A stretch of 64,000 nucleotides of DNA from an uncultured Eubacteriaceae bacterium (GCA_946495765.1 CAMMEG010000001.1:2263-66262); one strand, 5' to 3'; positions 43,150 through 54,753 are shown, numbered from the stretch's first letter. The notes: generated from the letters alone by a model not told the origin. Program-made: numbers and translations.

Positions 43150-43773
43150 TTATTTTTCTATGCAAACAATACCACTACAAAAGGAAATAGGTTTAAAATA
43201 CATATTAAAATCTTTTAAATTTCGTTTTAAAAAATCAAATGTAATATATATTTCATTATTATCCCAACAATCTATGTTATCTTGTTTACATTTATTAAGC
43301 TCTTTTTTAGTATAGAAAGCTACATCTCCTATGAATATTTTACCATTATTATTTAACATTGTATATAATAATTTAAAAAATTCTATTTTTTGAATATTAG
43401 TTAAATGATGTATAGCATAAGTGCTTATAATAAAATCAAATTTTTCATCTTTTAGATTTTTTGGCAGTCCATTAGAAAAATTGTAACAAAAAAGATTTGC
43501 ATTAGGCATTTTTTCTTTTGCTATATTAATCATTTCTCTAAAAAAGTTTACTCCAAAAATATCATAATTATCACCATATAATTTTTTAGTAAGAGTAGCA
43601 GTACCAAAGCCAATGTCTAATATTTTGCCAGTATCTTTTATATGTATATTATTATAAATTGTATTTAACAAATTTTTATACCCGAAAAAAGGATAAACAT
43701 TATTTTCATAAGACAAACCAACATCTTTATCATAGTTGTTTGCTAACATATCAAAGCTTGTATTATTTAACAT
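43150..43773 (-). CDS. Class I SAM-dependent methyltransferase
   Basis: ILDIGFGTA, FDFIISTYAIHHL. Confidence 0.9.
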   Translation of the reverse strand: MLNNTSFDMLANNYDKDVGLSYENNVYPFFGYKNLLNTIYNNIHIKDTGKILDIGFGTATLTKKLYGDNYDIFGVNFFREMINIAKEKMPNANLFCYNFSNGLPKNLKDEKFDFIISTYAIHHLTNIQKIEFFKLLYTMLNNNGKIFIGDVAFYTKKELNKCKQDNIDCWDNNEIYITFDFLKRNLKDFNMYFKPISFCSGIVCIEK

Positions 43774-43957
43774 ATAAATCTCCTTAAAAATATAATATAA
43801 AATATATATTTCTCATTATACTAAACTCTTTTTAAAAATTTTACCAAAAAATATATTGAAAGTAAAGGAATAAAAACTTGAGAGTTTTTTTATTCAATAA
43901 ATTTTAAATATAGTAATATATATTATGTACAAAAATTGTATTAATATGTTAAATTTA

Positions 43958-43986
43958 TTGACTTTATACTAGATATATATTATAAT
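43958..43986 (+). promoter_or_regulatory. SigmaA promoter
   Basis: TTGACT-17bp-TATAAT. Confidence 0.6.
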
Positions 43987-44030
43987 TAATTAAAAATTTA
44001 TAAATTAAATAAAAGGGGAGAAGTCTAATT

Positions 44031-45374
44031 ATGAAAAAGTTTATTGCAATAATATTATCAGCTACAACTATTTTTACTTGTAATACGAGTGTTTTTGCAG
44101 ATGATACAAAAACAATTGAAATTGCTCAGTCGATGGAAATTAAGAATGCTAAAAAGAATACTATAACAAGTCCACAAGATGCTTCAACAGATAATTCACA
44201 AAAGTTATTTATAAATGACAAACAAATAGAAATTAAAGATGGCAGTATAGTATATCAAGATAGATTATTTTTACCAGTTAGAGAACTAGGTGAAGCATTA
44301 GGATTAGAAGTAGAATATGTTGAAAAAGAAAAAATTGTAGTATTAGATAATGGTAAAATTCAATTACCAGTAAATCAAAATAAAGCAGTTGTAAATGGAA
44401 GTATTTTAGCTATTGATAAAGAAAATGATAAAGTAGGTACAATAGTTATAAATAATAGAACTTATTTGCCTCTTCGTTTTGTATCTGAAAGTCTTGGGTA
44501 TGAAGTAGAATATGTTTCAGATTCAAAAGAAGTATATATAAAAAGTGATACAATAAACATTAATAATGAAACACAAACAACAACTACAACAGTATTAGAT
44601 AAAAGTCAAGCATTAGAAGAATACAAAAAATTATATGAAACTAATCAAAATATTAAAAACTCTACAGTAGATACTAATGCAAACATTAACTTTAATATGT
44701 CAGATGGTACTGATAGTATAAATATGAAAATGAATTTAGTAGGGACTACTAAAGTAGATATTTCAGATAAAGTTAGTATGTATTTTGAACAAAAAAATAC
44801 AATGGAACTTTTAGGTCAACAAGAAGTTATTGAACAAAAAGGTTTTTATAAAGATGGTGAATTATATGTAAACCAAAGTGGTCTTAAATATAAAATGCCA
44901 TTAGACTTAGAAGAAGCTATAAAATTATCTAATGGATTAAATGTTAATAATTTTATTAGTGAAGAATTAATTTTAAGCGGTAGTGTTAAAAATTTAGACA
45001 ATGGAAATAAAGAATATTCATTTGACATAGATTTTAATAAATCTATTGATATGGCTAGTCAAATTATAGAAAGCTTATATTTAGGTGAACAAGATTTACA
45101 AGTTTTAAATAATCTTAAAATAACAAATACAAAAACTACAATGGTTGTAGATAATAAGAATAAACCTATAAGCTACAGTATAAATTTTGATATGGATTTA
45201 ACTGCTGAAGGAATTAACATTAAAGGTAATGTATCAATAGATACTAAATATAAAGATATAGATAAAACATTTGTTAGTATACCAAGTGAAGATTTAAGTA
45301 GTTATGGAAAATTTGAAGATTTAATTACAACAGATATAGCTATAGAAGAAACAACAGAAACTACTACACAATAG
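44031..45374 (+). CDS. Secreted copper-amine-oxidase N-terminal domain protein with C-terminal beta-rich domain
   Basis: Signal peptide; RLFLPVRELGEALG and RTYLPLRFVSESLG repeats. Confidence 0.82.
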   Translation: MKKFIAIILSATTIFTCNTSVFADDTKTIEIAQSMEIKNAKKNTITSPQDASTDNSQKLFINDKQIEIKDGSIVYQDRLFLPVRELGEALGLEVEYVEKEKIVVLDNGKIQLPVNQNKAVVNGSILAIDKENDKVGTIVINNRTYLPLRFVSESLGYEVEYVSDSKEVYIKSDTININNETQTTTTTVLDKSQALEEYKKLYETNQNIKNSTVDTNANINFNMSDGTDSINMKMNLVGTTKVDISDKVSMYFEQKNTMELLGQQEVIEQKGFYKDGELYVNQSGLKYKMPLDLEEAIKLSNGLNVNNFISEELILSGSVKNLDNGNKEYSFDIDFNKSIDMASQIIESLYLGEQDLQVLNNLKITNTKTTMVVDNKNKPISYSINFDMDLTAEGINIKGNVSIDTKYKDIDKTFVSIPSEDLSSYGKFEDLITTDIAIEETTETTTQ

Positions 45375-45421
45375 TATCATAATAAAAGCAGGTTTTAAAC
45401 CTGCTTTTATTATGATACTAT
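45371..45421. terminator. Bidirectional terminator (25-bp perfect arms)
   Basis: atagtatcataataaaagcaggttt-t-aaacctgcttttattatgatactat. Confidence 0.8.
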
Positions 45422-45440
45422 ATAAATTATTTATTAAAGT

Positions 45441-46142
45441 TTAAGCCATAGATAAAGCTATTTCCATCATTTTAGTGAATGTTTTTTCACGTTTTTCAGC
45501 AGAGATTTCTTCACCAGTCATTATATGGTCACTAACGGTTAATATACAAAGAGCATTTGCATTAAGCCTTGCTGCATTCATATATAGAGCAGCAGCCTCC
45601 ATCTCAACTGCTAATACTCCCATTTTAGCCCATAGTTGATGGGCATCTTTAAACTCCGAATAGAAAATATCACTAGAAAGGATATTACCTATATGGACAG
45701 GAATATCTTTAGAATCAGCTATATTTTTAGCTTTTTCTAAAAGAGTATAGCTACAGGTAGGTGCATAAGTGCCTGGGAGTTGATATTGACTTGAAAAATT
45801 TGAATCTGTAGAAGCTGACATACCAAAAACTATATCATAAACAGCTAAATCTTTACTAAGTGCCCCACAAGAACCTATTCTTATAAGATTTTTTACTCCA
45901 AATACTTTTATAAGTTCATAAGAATAAATACCTATGCTAGGCATGCCCATGCCAGTACCCATAACAGATATTTTTTTATTATTATATGTACCAGTATATC
46001 CTAAAGCACCTCTAACAGCATTAAATTGTACAGGATTTTCTAAAAAATTTTCAGCTATAAATTTTGCTCTCAAAGGATCACCAGGTAGAAGAATAGTTTC
46101 TGCTATTTCAGAAGTTTGATTGATATGCGGTGTATTATTCAT
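45441..46142 (-). CDS. deoD: Purine nucleoside phosphorylase DeoD-type
   Basis: TPHI, LPGDPLRA, GMGMPS, VEMEAA. Confidence 0.96.
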   Translation of the reverse strand: MNNTPHINQTSEIAETILLPGDPLRAKFIAENFLENPVQFNAVRGALGYTGTYNNKKISVMGTGMGMPSIGIYSYELIKVFGVKNLIRIGSCGALSKDLAVYDIVFGMSASTDSNFSSQYQLPGTYAPTCSYTLLEKAKNIADSKDIPVHIGNILSSDIFYSEFKDAHQLWAKMGVLAVEMEAAALYMNAARLNANALCILTVSDHIMTGEEISAEKREKTFTKMMEIALSMA

Positions 46143-46427
46143 AATATAACCTCCTTAATATACTTAGTTTATAAAAGTCTATATAAATTATACAATAAAA
46201 TTTACCTTTTTTCAATAAAATATAATAGGTATTAAATAAAATACTAAATTACAATAATAAACTATAAATAGTGTATTATAAAAATTACATATAGTAAAAA
46301 TTTATCAAATATATAAAAAATTTGTAATAAAAAAGTTTAAAATATTAAATATAACTATCGACATATTTATTAATTTTATGTATAATTAATATAATGATTA
46401 TAATAAAAGAGAATTGGGTGATGTTAA

Positions 46428-47240
46428 ATGCAAGATATAACTGATAAGGAATTTTCACTTATTAGTAATTATATAAAAGATAACTATGGTATTAATTTAG
46501 CTAGTGATAAAAAGTCATTAGTATACTCTAGACTTAAAAATATACTAGATAAAAATGGATTTAAAACATTTACCGAGTATTATGATTATTTATTAAAAGA
46601 CAAAACTGGTAATGCAACTATAACATTTATAGATAAGATGACTACTAATCATACATTTTTTATGAGAGAAATAGATCATTTTGAATTTCTAAAAGAAACA
46701 GTATTACCTTACATAGAATCAACATCAAAAGATAAAGATGTTAGAATGTGGTGTGCTGGATGTTCTTCAGGAGAAGAGTCTTATACACTAGAGATTATAT
46801 TAACAGAGTATTTTAAAGGTAAAGGAAGTTGGGATACAGAGCTTTTAGCAACAGATATATCAACAGCAATATTAACAAAAGCTATGAAAGGGGTTTATAC
46901 AAAAGACCAAATAAAGCCTTTAAGTGAAGATTGGAAAAATAATTATTTTAAATCTATATCTACAAATCAAGTTCAAGTAGTAGATGAAATAAAAAAGAAG
47001 ATAATATATAGAAAATTTAACCTTATGGAAACTAAATTTCCTTTTAAGAAAAAGTTTCAGGTTATATTTTGTAGAAATGTAATGATATATTTTGATGATG
47101 ATACAAGAACAAAACTTGTAAAAAAGTTTTATGATGCATCAGAAAAAGGTGCATATCTTTTTATAGGACATTCTGAAACATTAAATAATATACAAACAGA
47201 TTATGAGTATGTTATGCCAGCAGTATATAGAAAAAAGTGA
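46428..47240 (+). CDS. cheR: Chemotaxis methyltransferase
   Basis: TTNHTFFMRE, WCAGCSSGEE, IFCRNVMIYF, GHSE. Confidence 0.96.
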   Translation: MQDITDKEFSLISNYIKDNYGINLASDKKSLVYSRLKNILDKNGFKTFTEYYDYLLKDKTGNATITFIDKMTTNHTFFMREIDHFEFLKETVLPYIESTSKDKDVRMWCAGCSSGEESYTLEIILTEYFKGKGSWDTELLATDISTAILTKAMKGVYTKDQIKPLSEDWKNNYFKSISTNQVQVVDEIKKKIIYRKFNLMETKFPFKKKFQVIFCRNVMIYFDDDTRTKLVKKFYDASEKGAYLFIGHSETLNNIQTDYEYVMPAVYRKK

Positions 47241-47359
47241 TATAATAGTTTTGTTTTTTGGATTGGTATAACTTGTTATTAATATATAAATACTAACTAT
47301 TGTTTTTATAATAAATAATAATTAATATAAATTTATAAAATAGAAGGGATTGATATAAA

Positions 47360-49699
47360 GTGGCGGATTTTTCTAGAGAATCTATGTTAGATATGTTTAT
47401 ATTTGAAATGAATCAGCTTTTAGACCAATTAGAACAATTAATAATAGAGTGTGAAGATGGATATTCTATGGATAATATTAATGAAATATTTAGGATAATG
47501 CATACTGTAAAAGGCTCTGCAGCTATGATGCTTTATGATAATATTTCTAAAACAGCACATGCAATAGAAGATTTATTTTTCTTTTTAAGAGAAGAAAATC
47601 CTTCGGGTGTTAATTATTCTAATCTTACTGATTTAGTTCTTGAAGGAATGGATTTTATAAAAAATGAACTTGCTAAAATTGCAAATGGTGAGGAAGCAGA
47701 TACGGATTCTACTGAAGTTATAAAAAGAATAAAATCATTTTTATGTGTATTAAAAGGTGAAGATATACCGCAAGAAATAAAAAATAATAAAGAAAGTGAT
47801 GTTAAAGAAAAAATAGAAAACAATAGCGAAAGTAAGAATGTGGATACAACAGATTTTAAAAATAAATTTGAGTGTCATCTTTACTTTCAGGATGATAGTG
47901 GTATGGAAAATATACGAGCATTTAATGTTATAAATCATTTAAAAGATTTTGGGGAAATTAGCCATACTATACCTAAAGAGGTTACAGATGAAAAATCTGA
48001 AGAAATTATTAAAAAAGAGGGGTTTAAGTTTGTTATATCTACACATTTACCTTATGAACAAATACATGAAACAATAAATTCAACTATATATTTAAAAAGT
48101 TTTGAACTTAATCCATATGTACTTAAAAGATATAAAGCTACTATTTATTTTGATGATGGTTGTGAAATGGAAAATATACGTTCATATACTATTGTACACA
48201 ATTTGGAAGATATTGCCGATAATATTGTACATGAACCACAAGATATTATTTCAGAAGATTCTATTGAGCTTATTAGAGATAAAGGTTTTAAAGTAACGTT
48301 TTCTATAAATAAGGATTATGAAGAAGTACATGAAATGCTTATGCAAACAGTATTTTTAAAGACATTATTCCTTGAAGAAGTAGAAGAAGTAGAAGAGAAA
48401 GTAGAAGATAAACAAGAAAAAGTAGAAGCTAAAGAGGAAATAAAAACAGAAGTAGAACAAAATAAAGAGGTGCCTAAAGAACAGCCTAAAAATAATAAAG
48501 AAATAGACAAGGCTAAAGAAGCTAATAAAAAACAAGGTTCATCTCAACAAATGATAAGTGTTAGTATTGGTAAGTTAGATCAATTATTAAATCTTATGGG
48601 TGAGCTTGTTATATCTGAAGCTATGACTACACAAAATCCAGACCTTGATGGTTTAGAACTAGAAAACTTTAATAAATCTGCTAGACAACTTAGAAAAATT
48701 ATAAAAGATGTACAAGACAGTGTTATGAGTATGCGTATGGTAACATTAGATGCTACATTTTTTAAAATGCAAAGAATAGTAAGAGATATGTGTAAAGCGC
48801 TTGGAAAAAATATTGAACTTATTATTGAAGGTAGAGATACTGAAGTAGATAAAAATATAATAGAACATATATCAGATCCTCTTATGCATATTATAAGAAA
48901 TTCAGTAGACCATGGTGTAGAATTACCAGAAGATAGATTAAAGGCTGGTAAAGACGAAAAAGGCGTTATTAAACTTGAAGCTAGAAATTCTGGGGGAGAA
49001 ATACTTATAAGTGTTAAAGATGATGGAGCTGGTATAAATAAAGAAAAAGTTATGGCCAAAGCTAAAGCAGCAGGAATACTTAAAAAACCAGAAGAAGAGT
49101 ATACAGATAGAGAAATTTGTCAACTTATTTTCCACGCTGGATTATCTACTAAAGAGGCTGTTACAAGCTATTCAGGGCGTGGTGTTGGTATGGATGTTGT
49201 TACTGCCAATATAGAGGAAGTAGGTGGAAGTATTGTTGTAGAAAGTGAACAAGGATATGGAACAACAACTATACTTAAAATACCTTTAACTCTTGCTATT
49301 ATAGAAGGAATGCTTATAAGTATGGGTGGTGCTAAATATACTATACCAATAGCTTCTATACAAGAAACATTTAAAGTTAAAAAAGAAAATATATTTTTAG
49401 ATCCAGATGGTAATGAGATGATAACATTAAGAGGGGATGTTTTTAATTTAGTTAGACTTTATGACTTTTTCAATGCACCAACAGAAATAAAAGATATTGA
49501 AGAAGGAGTTGTTATTAGGTTAGAAAGTGAAGGAAGAACTGTATGTTTATTTGTTGATGAACTTATAGGTGAACAACAAGTGGTTGTAAAAAGTATACCT
49601 AAATATATTAAAAAAGTAAAAGGGATAAGTGGCTGTACTCTTCTTGGAAATGGTGATATTTCTTTAATAGTAGATGTTGCAGGATTTTATGATAATTAA
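47360..49699 (+). CDS. cheA: Chemotaxis histidine kinase
   Basis: HPt IFRIMHTVKG, two P2 domains, HIIRNSVDHG, SGRGVGMD, CheW-like C-terminus. Confidence 0.98.
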   Translation: MADFSRESMLDMFIFEMNQLLDQLEQLIIECEDGYSMDNINEIFRIMHTVKGSAAMMLYDNISKTAHAIEDLFFFLREENPSGVNYSNLTDLVLEGMDFIKNELAKIANGEEADTDSTEVIKRIKSFLCVLKGEDIPQEIKNNKESDVKEKIENNSESKNVDTTDFKNKFECHLYFQDDSGMENIRAFNVINHLKDFGEISHTIPKEVTDEKSEEIIKKEGFKFVISTHLPYEQIHETINSTIYLKSFELNPYVLKRYKATIYFDDGCEMENIRSYTIVHNLEDIADNIVHEPQDIISEDSIELIRDKGFKVTFSINKDYEEVHEMLMQTVFLKTLFLEEVEEVEEKVEDKQEKVEAKEEIKTEVEQNKEVPKEQPKNNKEIDKAKEANKKQGSSQQMISVSIGKLDQLLNLMGELVISEAMTTQNPDLDGLELENFNKSARQLRKIIKDVQDSVMSMRMVTLDATFFKMQRIVRDMCKALGKNIELIIEGRDTEVDKNIIEHISDPLMHIIRNSVDHGVELPEDRLKAGKDEKGVIKLEARNSGGEILISVKDDGAGINKEKVMAKAKAAGILKKPEEEYTDREICQLIFHAGLSTKEAVTSYSGRGVGMDVVTANIEEVGGSIVVESEQGYGTTTILKIPLTLAIIEGMLISMGGAKYTIPIASIQETFKVKKENIFLDPDGNEMITLRGDVFNLVRLYDFFNAPTEIKDIEEGVVIRLESEGRTVCLFVDELIGEQQVVVKSIPKYIKKVKGISGCTLLGNGDISLIVDVAGFYDN

Positions 49700-49716
49700 T
49701 ATAGGAGGTTATAAAA

Positions 49717-50178
49717 ATGGAGAATAAAGTATATCAAAATGTAGTAGAAGATGATACTACTAAAAACAAATATTTAACATTTATTATAGAAGATGAAATT
49801 TTTGGTATTGATATAAATCATGTTATAGAAATAATATCTGTTCCAGCTATAACATGGATGCCAGAAAATCCAGAAGCAATAAAAGGTATTATTAATCTTA
49901 GAGGCTCTATCATACCAGTTATAGACGTTAGAATAAGATTTAATAAAGAGGAAAGAGAATATGATGAGTTTACTTGTATAATAGTTATAGAGTATGAGGA
50001 TAATCAAATAGGTCTTATTGTAGATACGGTAAATGAAGTTTTATATATTCCTAAAAAGTTTATGTCTTCTCCACCTAATGCAAAATTAAAATATCAAAAT
50101 AAGTTTATAAAAGCCATTGGTAAAATGAATGATGAAGTGCAACTTTTATTAGATCTTGATAAATTTTTATATTGCTAA
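49717..50178 (+). CDS. cheW: Chemotaxis coupling protein
   Basis: GIINLRG.IIPVID, GLIVD.V.EV. Confidence 0.96.
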   Translation: MENKVYQNVVEDDTTKNKYLTFIIEDEIFGIDINHVIEIISVPAITWMPENPEAIKGIINLRGSIIPVIDVRIRFNKEEREYDEFTCIIVIEYEDNQIGLIVDTVNEVLYIPKKFMSSPPNAKLKYQNKFIKAIGKMNDEVQLLLDLDKFLYC

Positions 50179-50349
50179 TTAAAAATATATTAGCTCTGAT
50201 AAGGTAGTTTAAAAAATACTATATCAGAGCTTAATTAATAATATTTAAAACTTTATTAATAGAATTAAGTTGAGCTATTTTTAATAAAATCATAAAAATA
50301 GTTAATTTTAATTAATAAATTATTTAAAAGATTATTTATATTTAATGAG

Positions 50350-51351
50350 GTGATATTTTTGAAAAAAACTAACATTATTTTATTTTCAGAATCAGCCCAG
50401 TTTCTAAATGTTACCCAAAGAAGTCTAGAATTTTACAATGTACATATAAAAAAGTGTATAAATAATTTAAATGAAATAAAAAAATATAGCAATAAAAAAG
50501 ATAAAATATATATTGCCCAAGTTCCAACTAAAAATAAAGAACGTGCCAAAGAAATAATTAATTTTTTTAATAAAACAAATCTTAATTGGATTTGTGTTGG
50601 CGAAGATAGCAGCATAAATTTTTTTGCTATGACAAAAGGAGCTATGGCAAACGTCATTCTTAAAGAAACTCCAACTAATACAGAATATAAAGTATTTATA
50701 AAAACATTGATAAATAAAATAAATCAATCAATAGAAATAGCAAGTATAATAAGTTCTAGAAGTAAAAAACAAAAAGTTGATAAAGCATACGATAAAATAA
50801 TATCTATAGGTGCATCAACAGGTGGAACAGAGGCAGTACAATCTATACTCACAAGTTTGGATGAAAATATACCTCCAACTTTAATAGTAATCCATATGCC
50901 AGCTGGGTTTACCAGAATGTATGCTAATAGGTTAAATGACTTATGTAAAATGTATGTTAAAGAAGCAGAAGATGGAGATATGTTAAAATATGGAGTAGTG
51001 TATATTGCACCAGGTGGTTATCATATGAGAATATTAAAAAGAAATGGAAAACTATATATATCTTGTAAGCAGGAGAATAAAGTCAATGGACATATGCCAT
51101 CAGTAGATGTATTATTTGAAAGTATAGCAGATTATGTTGCACCTAAAGTAGTATCTGTTATATTAACAGGTATGGGAAATGATGGTGCACTTGGTACATT
51201 AAGTATTAAGAAAAAAGGTGGATTTACTATAGGACAAGATAAAGAAACAAGTGTAGTTTATGGAATGCCAAAAGTAGCAAGTGAGATAGGCGGAGTTTTG
51301 GTACAAGCTCCACTATCAGCTATTCCAGATATTATAATGAATAATATTTAA
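50350..51351 (+). CDS. cheB: Chemotaxis methylesterase with degenerate receiver domain
   Basis: GASTGG, HMP, PSVDVLF, LTGMGNDG catalytic motifs. Confidence 0.93.
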   Translation: MIFLKKTNIILFSESAQFLNVTQRSLEFYNVHIKKCINNLNEIKKYSNKKDKIYIAQVPTKNKERAKEIINFFNKTNLNWICVGEDSSINFFAMTKGAMANVILKETPTNTEYKVFIKTLINKINQSIEIASIISSRSKKQKVDKAYDKIISIGASTGGTEAVQSILTSLDENIPPTLIVIHMPAGFTRMYANRLNDLCKMYVKEAEDGDMLKYGVVYIAPGGYHMRILKRNGKLYISCKQENKVNGHMPSVDVLFESIADYVAPKVVSVILTGMGNDGALGTLSIKKKGGFTIGQDKETSVVYGMPKVASEIGGVLVQAPLSAIPDIIMNNI

Positions 51352-51466
51352 AAAATTAATTGAATTTAATATTGTATATATATGAAAAAAATATTATAAT
51401 ATATTTTGAATCAAATCATATTGTATAAGTCGAGGATGTATATATTTTTTAAAAAGGAGGATTAAT

Positions 51467-52471
51467 ATGAGTTTTTTAGAAGAGATTAAAAGTACTGCTA
51501 AAGCTAATAAAAAGACTATTGTTTTACCAGAATCTTTAGAAATTAGAACTCTAGAAGCAACACAAGAGATTATTAAAGAAGGAATAGCTAATGTTATATT
51601 AGTAGGCAATAAAGAAGAAATTTTGGCTAAAGCAGGTAACTTAGATATATCAGGAGCTACTATTATTGACCCTAAAAATTATGAAAAAATAGGCATATTA
51701 ATAGATAAGTTTGTAGAACTTAGAAAATCTAAAGGAGTAGATGAGACTAAAGCCAAAGAGATTTTATTAAATGACCCACTTTATTTTGGTGTATTATTAG
51801 TAAAATGTGATATAGCAGATGGCATGGTAGCTGGAGCTATTAATTCAACTGCAAATGTTTTAAGACCATCACTACAAATTATTAAAACAGCTCCAGGTGT
51901 TAAAACTGTATCAGCATTTTTCTTAATGATAGTACCAAATTGTAAATATGGTGAAAATGGTGTTTTTGTATTTGGTGATTGTGGCTTATGTCAAAATCCT
52001 ACTAGTGAAGAACTTTGTGCTATAGCTAAAAGTTCAGCAGACTCTTTTAGAAACTTTACAGAAAAAGAACCACGAGTTGCATTATTATCACATTCTACAA
52101 AAGGAAGTGCAAGTCATCCAGATGTAGATAAAGTTTTAAAAGCATTAGAATTAACTAAAGCTGAATATCCAGAACTTATTATTGATGGAGAATTCCAATT
52201 AGATGCAGCCATTGTACCTGAAATTGCAAAAACAAAAGCTCCAGACAGTAAAGTAGCTGGTACTGCTAATGTACTTATATTTCCAGATTTAGATGCTGGT
52301 AATATAGGATATAAATTAGTACAAAGATTTGCAAATGCAGATGCATATGGTCCTATTACACAAGGGCTTGCAAAACCTGTAAATGATTTATCTAGAGGTT
52401 GTAGTGCTAAAGACATAGTAGGTGTTGTTGCACTTACAGCAGTTCAAGCCCAACAACAAAGTAATAAATAA
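51467..52471 (+). CDS. pta: Phosphate acetyltransferase
   Basis: [29 protein letters not shown]. Confidence 0.98.
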   Translation: MSFLEEIKSTAKANKKTIVLPESLEIRTLEATQEIIKEGIANVILVGNKEEILAKAGNLDISGATIIDPKNYEKIGILIDKFVELRKSKGVDETKAKEILLNDPLYFGVLLVKCDIADGMVAGAINSTANVLRPSLQIIKTAPGVKTVSAFFLMIVPNCKYGENGVFVFGDCGLCQNPTSEELCAIAKSSADSFRNFTEKEPRVALLSHSTKGSASHPDVDKVLKALELTKAEYPELIIDGEFQLDAAIVPEIAKTKAPDSKVAGTANVLIFPDLDAGNIGYKLVQRFANADAYGPITQGLAKPVNDLSRGCSAKDIVGVVALTAVQAQQQSNK

Positions 52472-52489
52472 TATTTTGGAGGAATAAAA

Positions 52490-53677
52490 ATGAAAGTTTT
52501 AGTATTAAATTGTGGAAGTTCTTCTTTAAAATATCAATTAATTAATATGACTAATGAAACACCTTTAGCTTCTGGTCTATGTGAAAGAATTGGTATTGAC
52601 GGAAGGCTTAAACATAAAGGTAAAGAAGTTTACGAAGTAGAGCAAGAGATGAAAAATCATCAAGATGCTATAAAAATGGTTATAGATGCTTTATTAGATA
52701 CTAAACATGGTGTTATATCTGATATTAAAGAAATAAATGCAGTTGGTCACCGTGTTGTACATGGTGGGGAACATTTTGCAAAATCTGTTATTATTACAGA
52801 TCCAGTTATAAAAGCTATTGAAGATTGTATTGATTTAGCGCCACTTCACAATCCAGCTAACCTTATGGGGATTAGAGCTTGTGAAAGTTTGATGCCAGGT
52901 GTACCTCAAGTTGCGGTTTTTGACACAGCTTTCCATCAAACTATGCCAGAAAAAGCATATCTTTATGGACTACCTTATGAATTATATGAAAAATATAAAA
53001 TTCGTAGATATGGTTTTCATGGAACAAGCCATAAATATGTTTCTGAAAGAGCAGCTAATGTATTAGGTAAAGATATAAAAGACCTTAAAATAATTACTTG
53101 CCATTTAGGTAATGGTGGAAGTGTAGCTGCTATAAATGGTGGAAAATGTATGGATACAAGTATGGGATTTACTCCACTTGAAGGACTTGTAATGGGAACT
53201 AGATGTGGAGATATTGATCCAGCTGTTGTATCATTTATTATGCAAAAAGAAGGTTTAGATAATAAACAAGTAGATGAACTTATGAACAAAAAATCTGGTG
53301 TTCTTGGTTTATCTGGTGTTTCTAGTGATTTTAGAGATATTGAAAATGCTGCTAAAGAGGGAAATAAAAGAGCTCAAATAGCTTTAGATACATTCCATTA
53401 TAAAGTAGCTAAATATATTGGTGAATATACATCTACTTTAAATGGTGTAGATGCAATTGTATTTACTGCTGGACTTGGTGAAAACAGTAAAGATAGTAGA
53501 AAAGAAATATGTAACTATTTATCATGGCTTGGTATAGAACTTGACGAAGAGAAAAACTCTAAACGTGGTGAAGAATTAGTTATTTCTATACCTAATTCAA
53601 AGATTAAAGTTTTAGTTATCCCTACAAATGAAGAACTTGTCATTGCTAGAGATACAAAAGAACTTCTTGACAAATAG
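52490..53677 (+). CDS. ackA: Acetate kinase
   Basis: [26 protein letters not shown]. Confidence 0.98.
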   Translation: MKVLVLNCGSSSLKYQLINMTNETPLASGLCERIGIDGRLKHKGKEVYEVEQEMKNHQDAIKMVIDALLDTKHGVISDIKEINAVGHRVVHGGEHFAKSVIITDPVIKAIEDCIDLAPLHNPANLMGIRACESLMPGVPQVAVFDTAFHQTMPEKAYLYGLPYELYEKYKIRRYGFHGTSHKYVSERAANVLGKDIKDLKIITCHLGNGGSVAAINGGKCMDTSMGFTPLEGLVMGTRCGDIDPAVVSFIMQKEGLDNKQVDELMNKKSGVLGLSGVSSDFRDIENAAKEGNKRAQIALDTFHYKVAKYIGEYTSTLNGVDAIVFTAGLGENSKDSRKEICNYLSWLGIELDEEKNSKRGEELVISIPNSKIKVLVIPTNEELVIARDTKELLDK

Positions 53678-53695
53678 CAACTAAAGCTTTATAAT
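53667..53695 (+). promoter_or_regulatory. Consensus sigmaA promoter of yceD-rpmF
   Basis: TTGACA-17bp-TATAAT. Confidence 0.8.
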
Positions 53696-53737
53696 ATAGG
53701 TTGTGTTTTATTGTTCGTATGGAACAGGAGTGTTTTT

Positions 53738-54235
53738 ATGAATATAAATGTTGATAGCCTTAACAATGGATTTAGCAAAGAAGTTCAATTTGATGATAAT
53801 ATTACTTTACCAGAATCTTTAGTATATAATAAAGATGTATATATACAAGGTAAAGGTACTATTACTAACTCTTATGGTAAATATACATTTAATGGTAATG
53901 TTGTAGCCAAAGTGACTTTTAATTGTAATTCATGTCTTAAAGAGTTTGAAAAAGAAATAGATTTTGATATGTTAGAAGTTTTTTCTAAAGATTCTACAGA
54001 TAATGATGAAATTTGGATATTCTCTAGTAAAGATAATATTATAAAATTAGAAGAACCTATCAAAACTAATCTTTTACTTAATTTACCTATGAAGGCTTTA
54101 TGTTCCGAGAACTGTAAAGGTTTATGTCATATATGTGGTCATAACCTTAATGATAGCGACTGTGGTTGCAATAGGGACTACATTGACCCTAGGTTTGAAA
54201 AATTTCTACATCTTTTTGAAAATAAGGAGGTATAA
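53738..54235 (+). CDS. YceD/DUF177 protein
   Basis: CxxCL, PMKALC...CKGLC..CG..LN...CGC...DPR; precedes rpmF; ATG 53738 with RBS aggag. Confidence 0.92.
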   Translation: MNINVDSLNNGFSKEVQFDDNITLPESLVYNKDVYIQGKGTITNSYGKYTFNGNVVAKVTFNCNSCLKEFEKEIDFDMLEVFSKDSTDNDEIWIFSSKDNIIKLEEPIKTNLLLNLPMKALCSENCKGLCHICGHNLNDSDCGCNRDYIDPRFEKFLHLFENKEV

Positions 54236-54237
54236 CA

Positions 54238-54417
54238 ATGTCTATTTGTCCTAAAGGAAAAATGTCTAAATCTAAAAGAGATAAAAGAAGAGCCCAAAGT
54301 TGGAAAATCTCTACTCCTACATTAGTTAAATGTGATAAATGTGGAGAACTAATGTTACGTCATAGAGTATGTAAATCTTGTGGTTCTTACAATAAAAGAA
54401 CTATTATTGAAGTATAA
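54238..54417 (+). CDS. rpmF: 50S ribosomal protein L32
   Basis: Manual translation MSICPKGKMSKSKRDKRRAQSWK...KCDKCGE...HRVCKSCGSY (59 aa, below track cutoff). Confidence 0.97.
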   Translation: MSICPKGKMSKSKRDKRRAQSWKISTPTLVKCDKCGELMLRHRVCKSCGSYNKRTIIEV

Positions 54418-54429
54418 TAGTTAATTATT

Positions 54430-54469
54430 AGCTATATAATATTTTTATTATTAAAAATATTATATAGCT
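54430..54469 (+). terminator. Terminator (18-bp arms)
   Basis: agctatataatattttta-ttat-taaaaatattatatagct followed by T-run. Confidence 0.75.
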
Positions 54470-54484
54470 TTTTATTTAATTAAA

Positions 54485-54550
54485 TTAAATTATGACTTTA
54501 TTATTCAAGATAAAAATTATAAATGGGTTTTAGTTTTAATTATATTGTAA
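54485..54550 (+). repeat. Partial copy of dispersed repeat
   Basis: tatgactttattattcaagataaaaattataaatgggttttagttttaa. Confidence 0.6.
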
Positions 54551-54753
54551 TTAAAAAATTACAAAGTTATCTAATAATAATAGAAAGAGCTTTTATTTTC
54601 ATATGGAATATCAAAAAAGTTGATTTAATATATTAAATTATTTAAAAGTTAAATCAAAATAATAAATACTTGATAATTTAATCTTTAATATGTATAATTT
54701 AATAAGGAAATTTTATTGAATAATGAAAATAAATTTTATAAAGGATATTTAGG

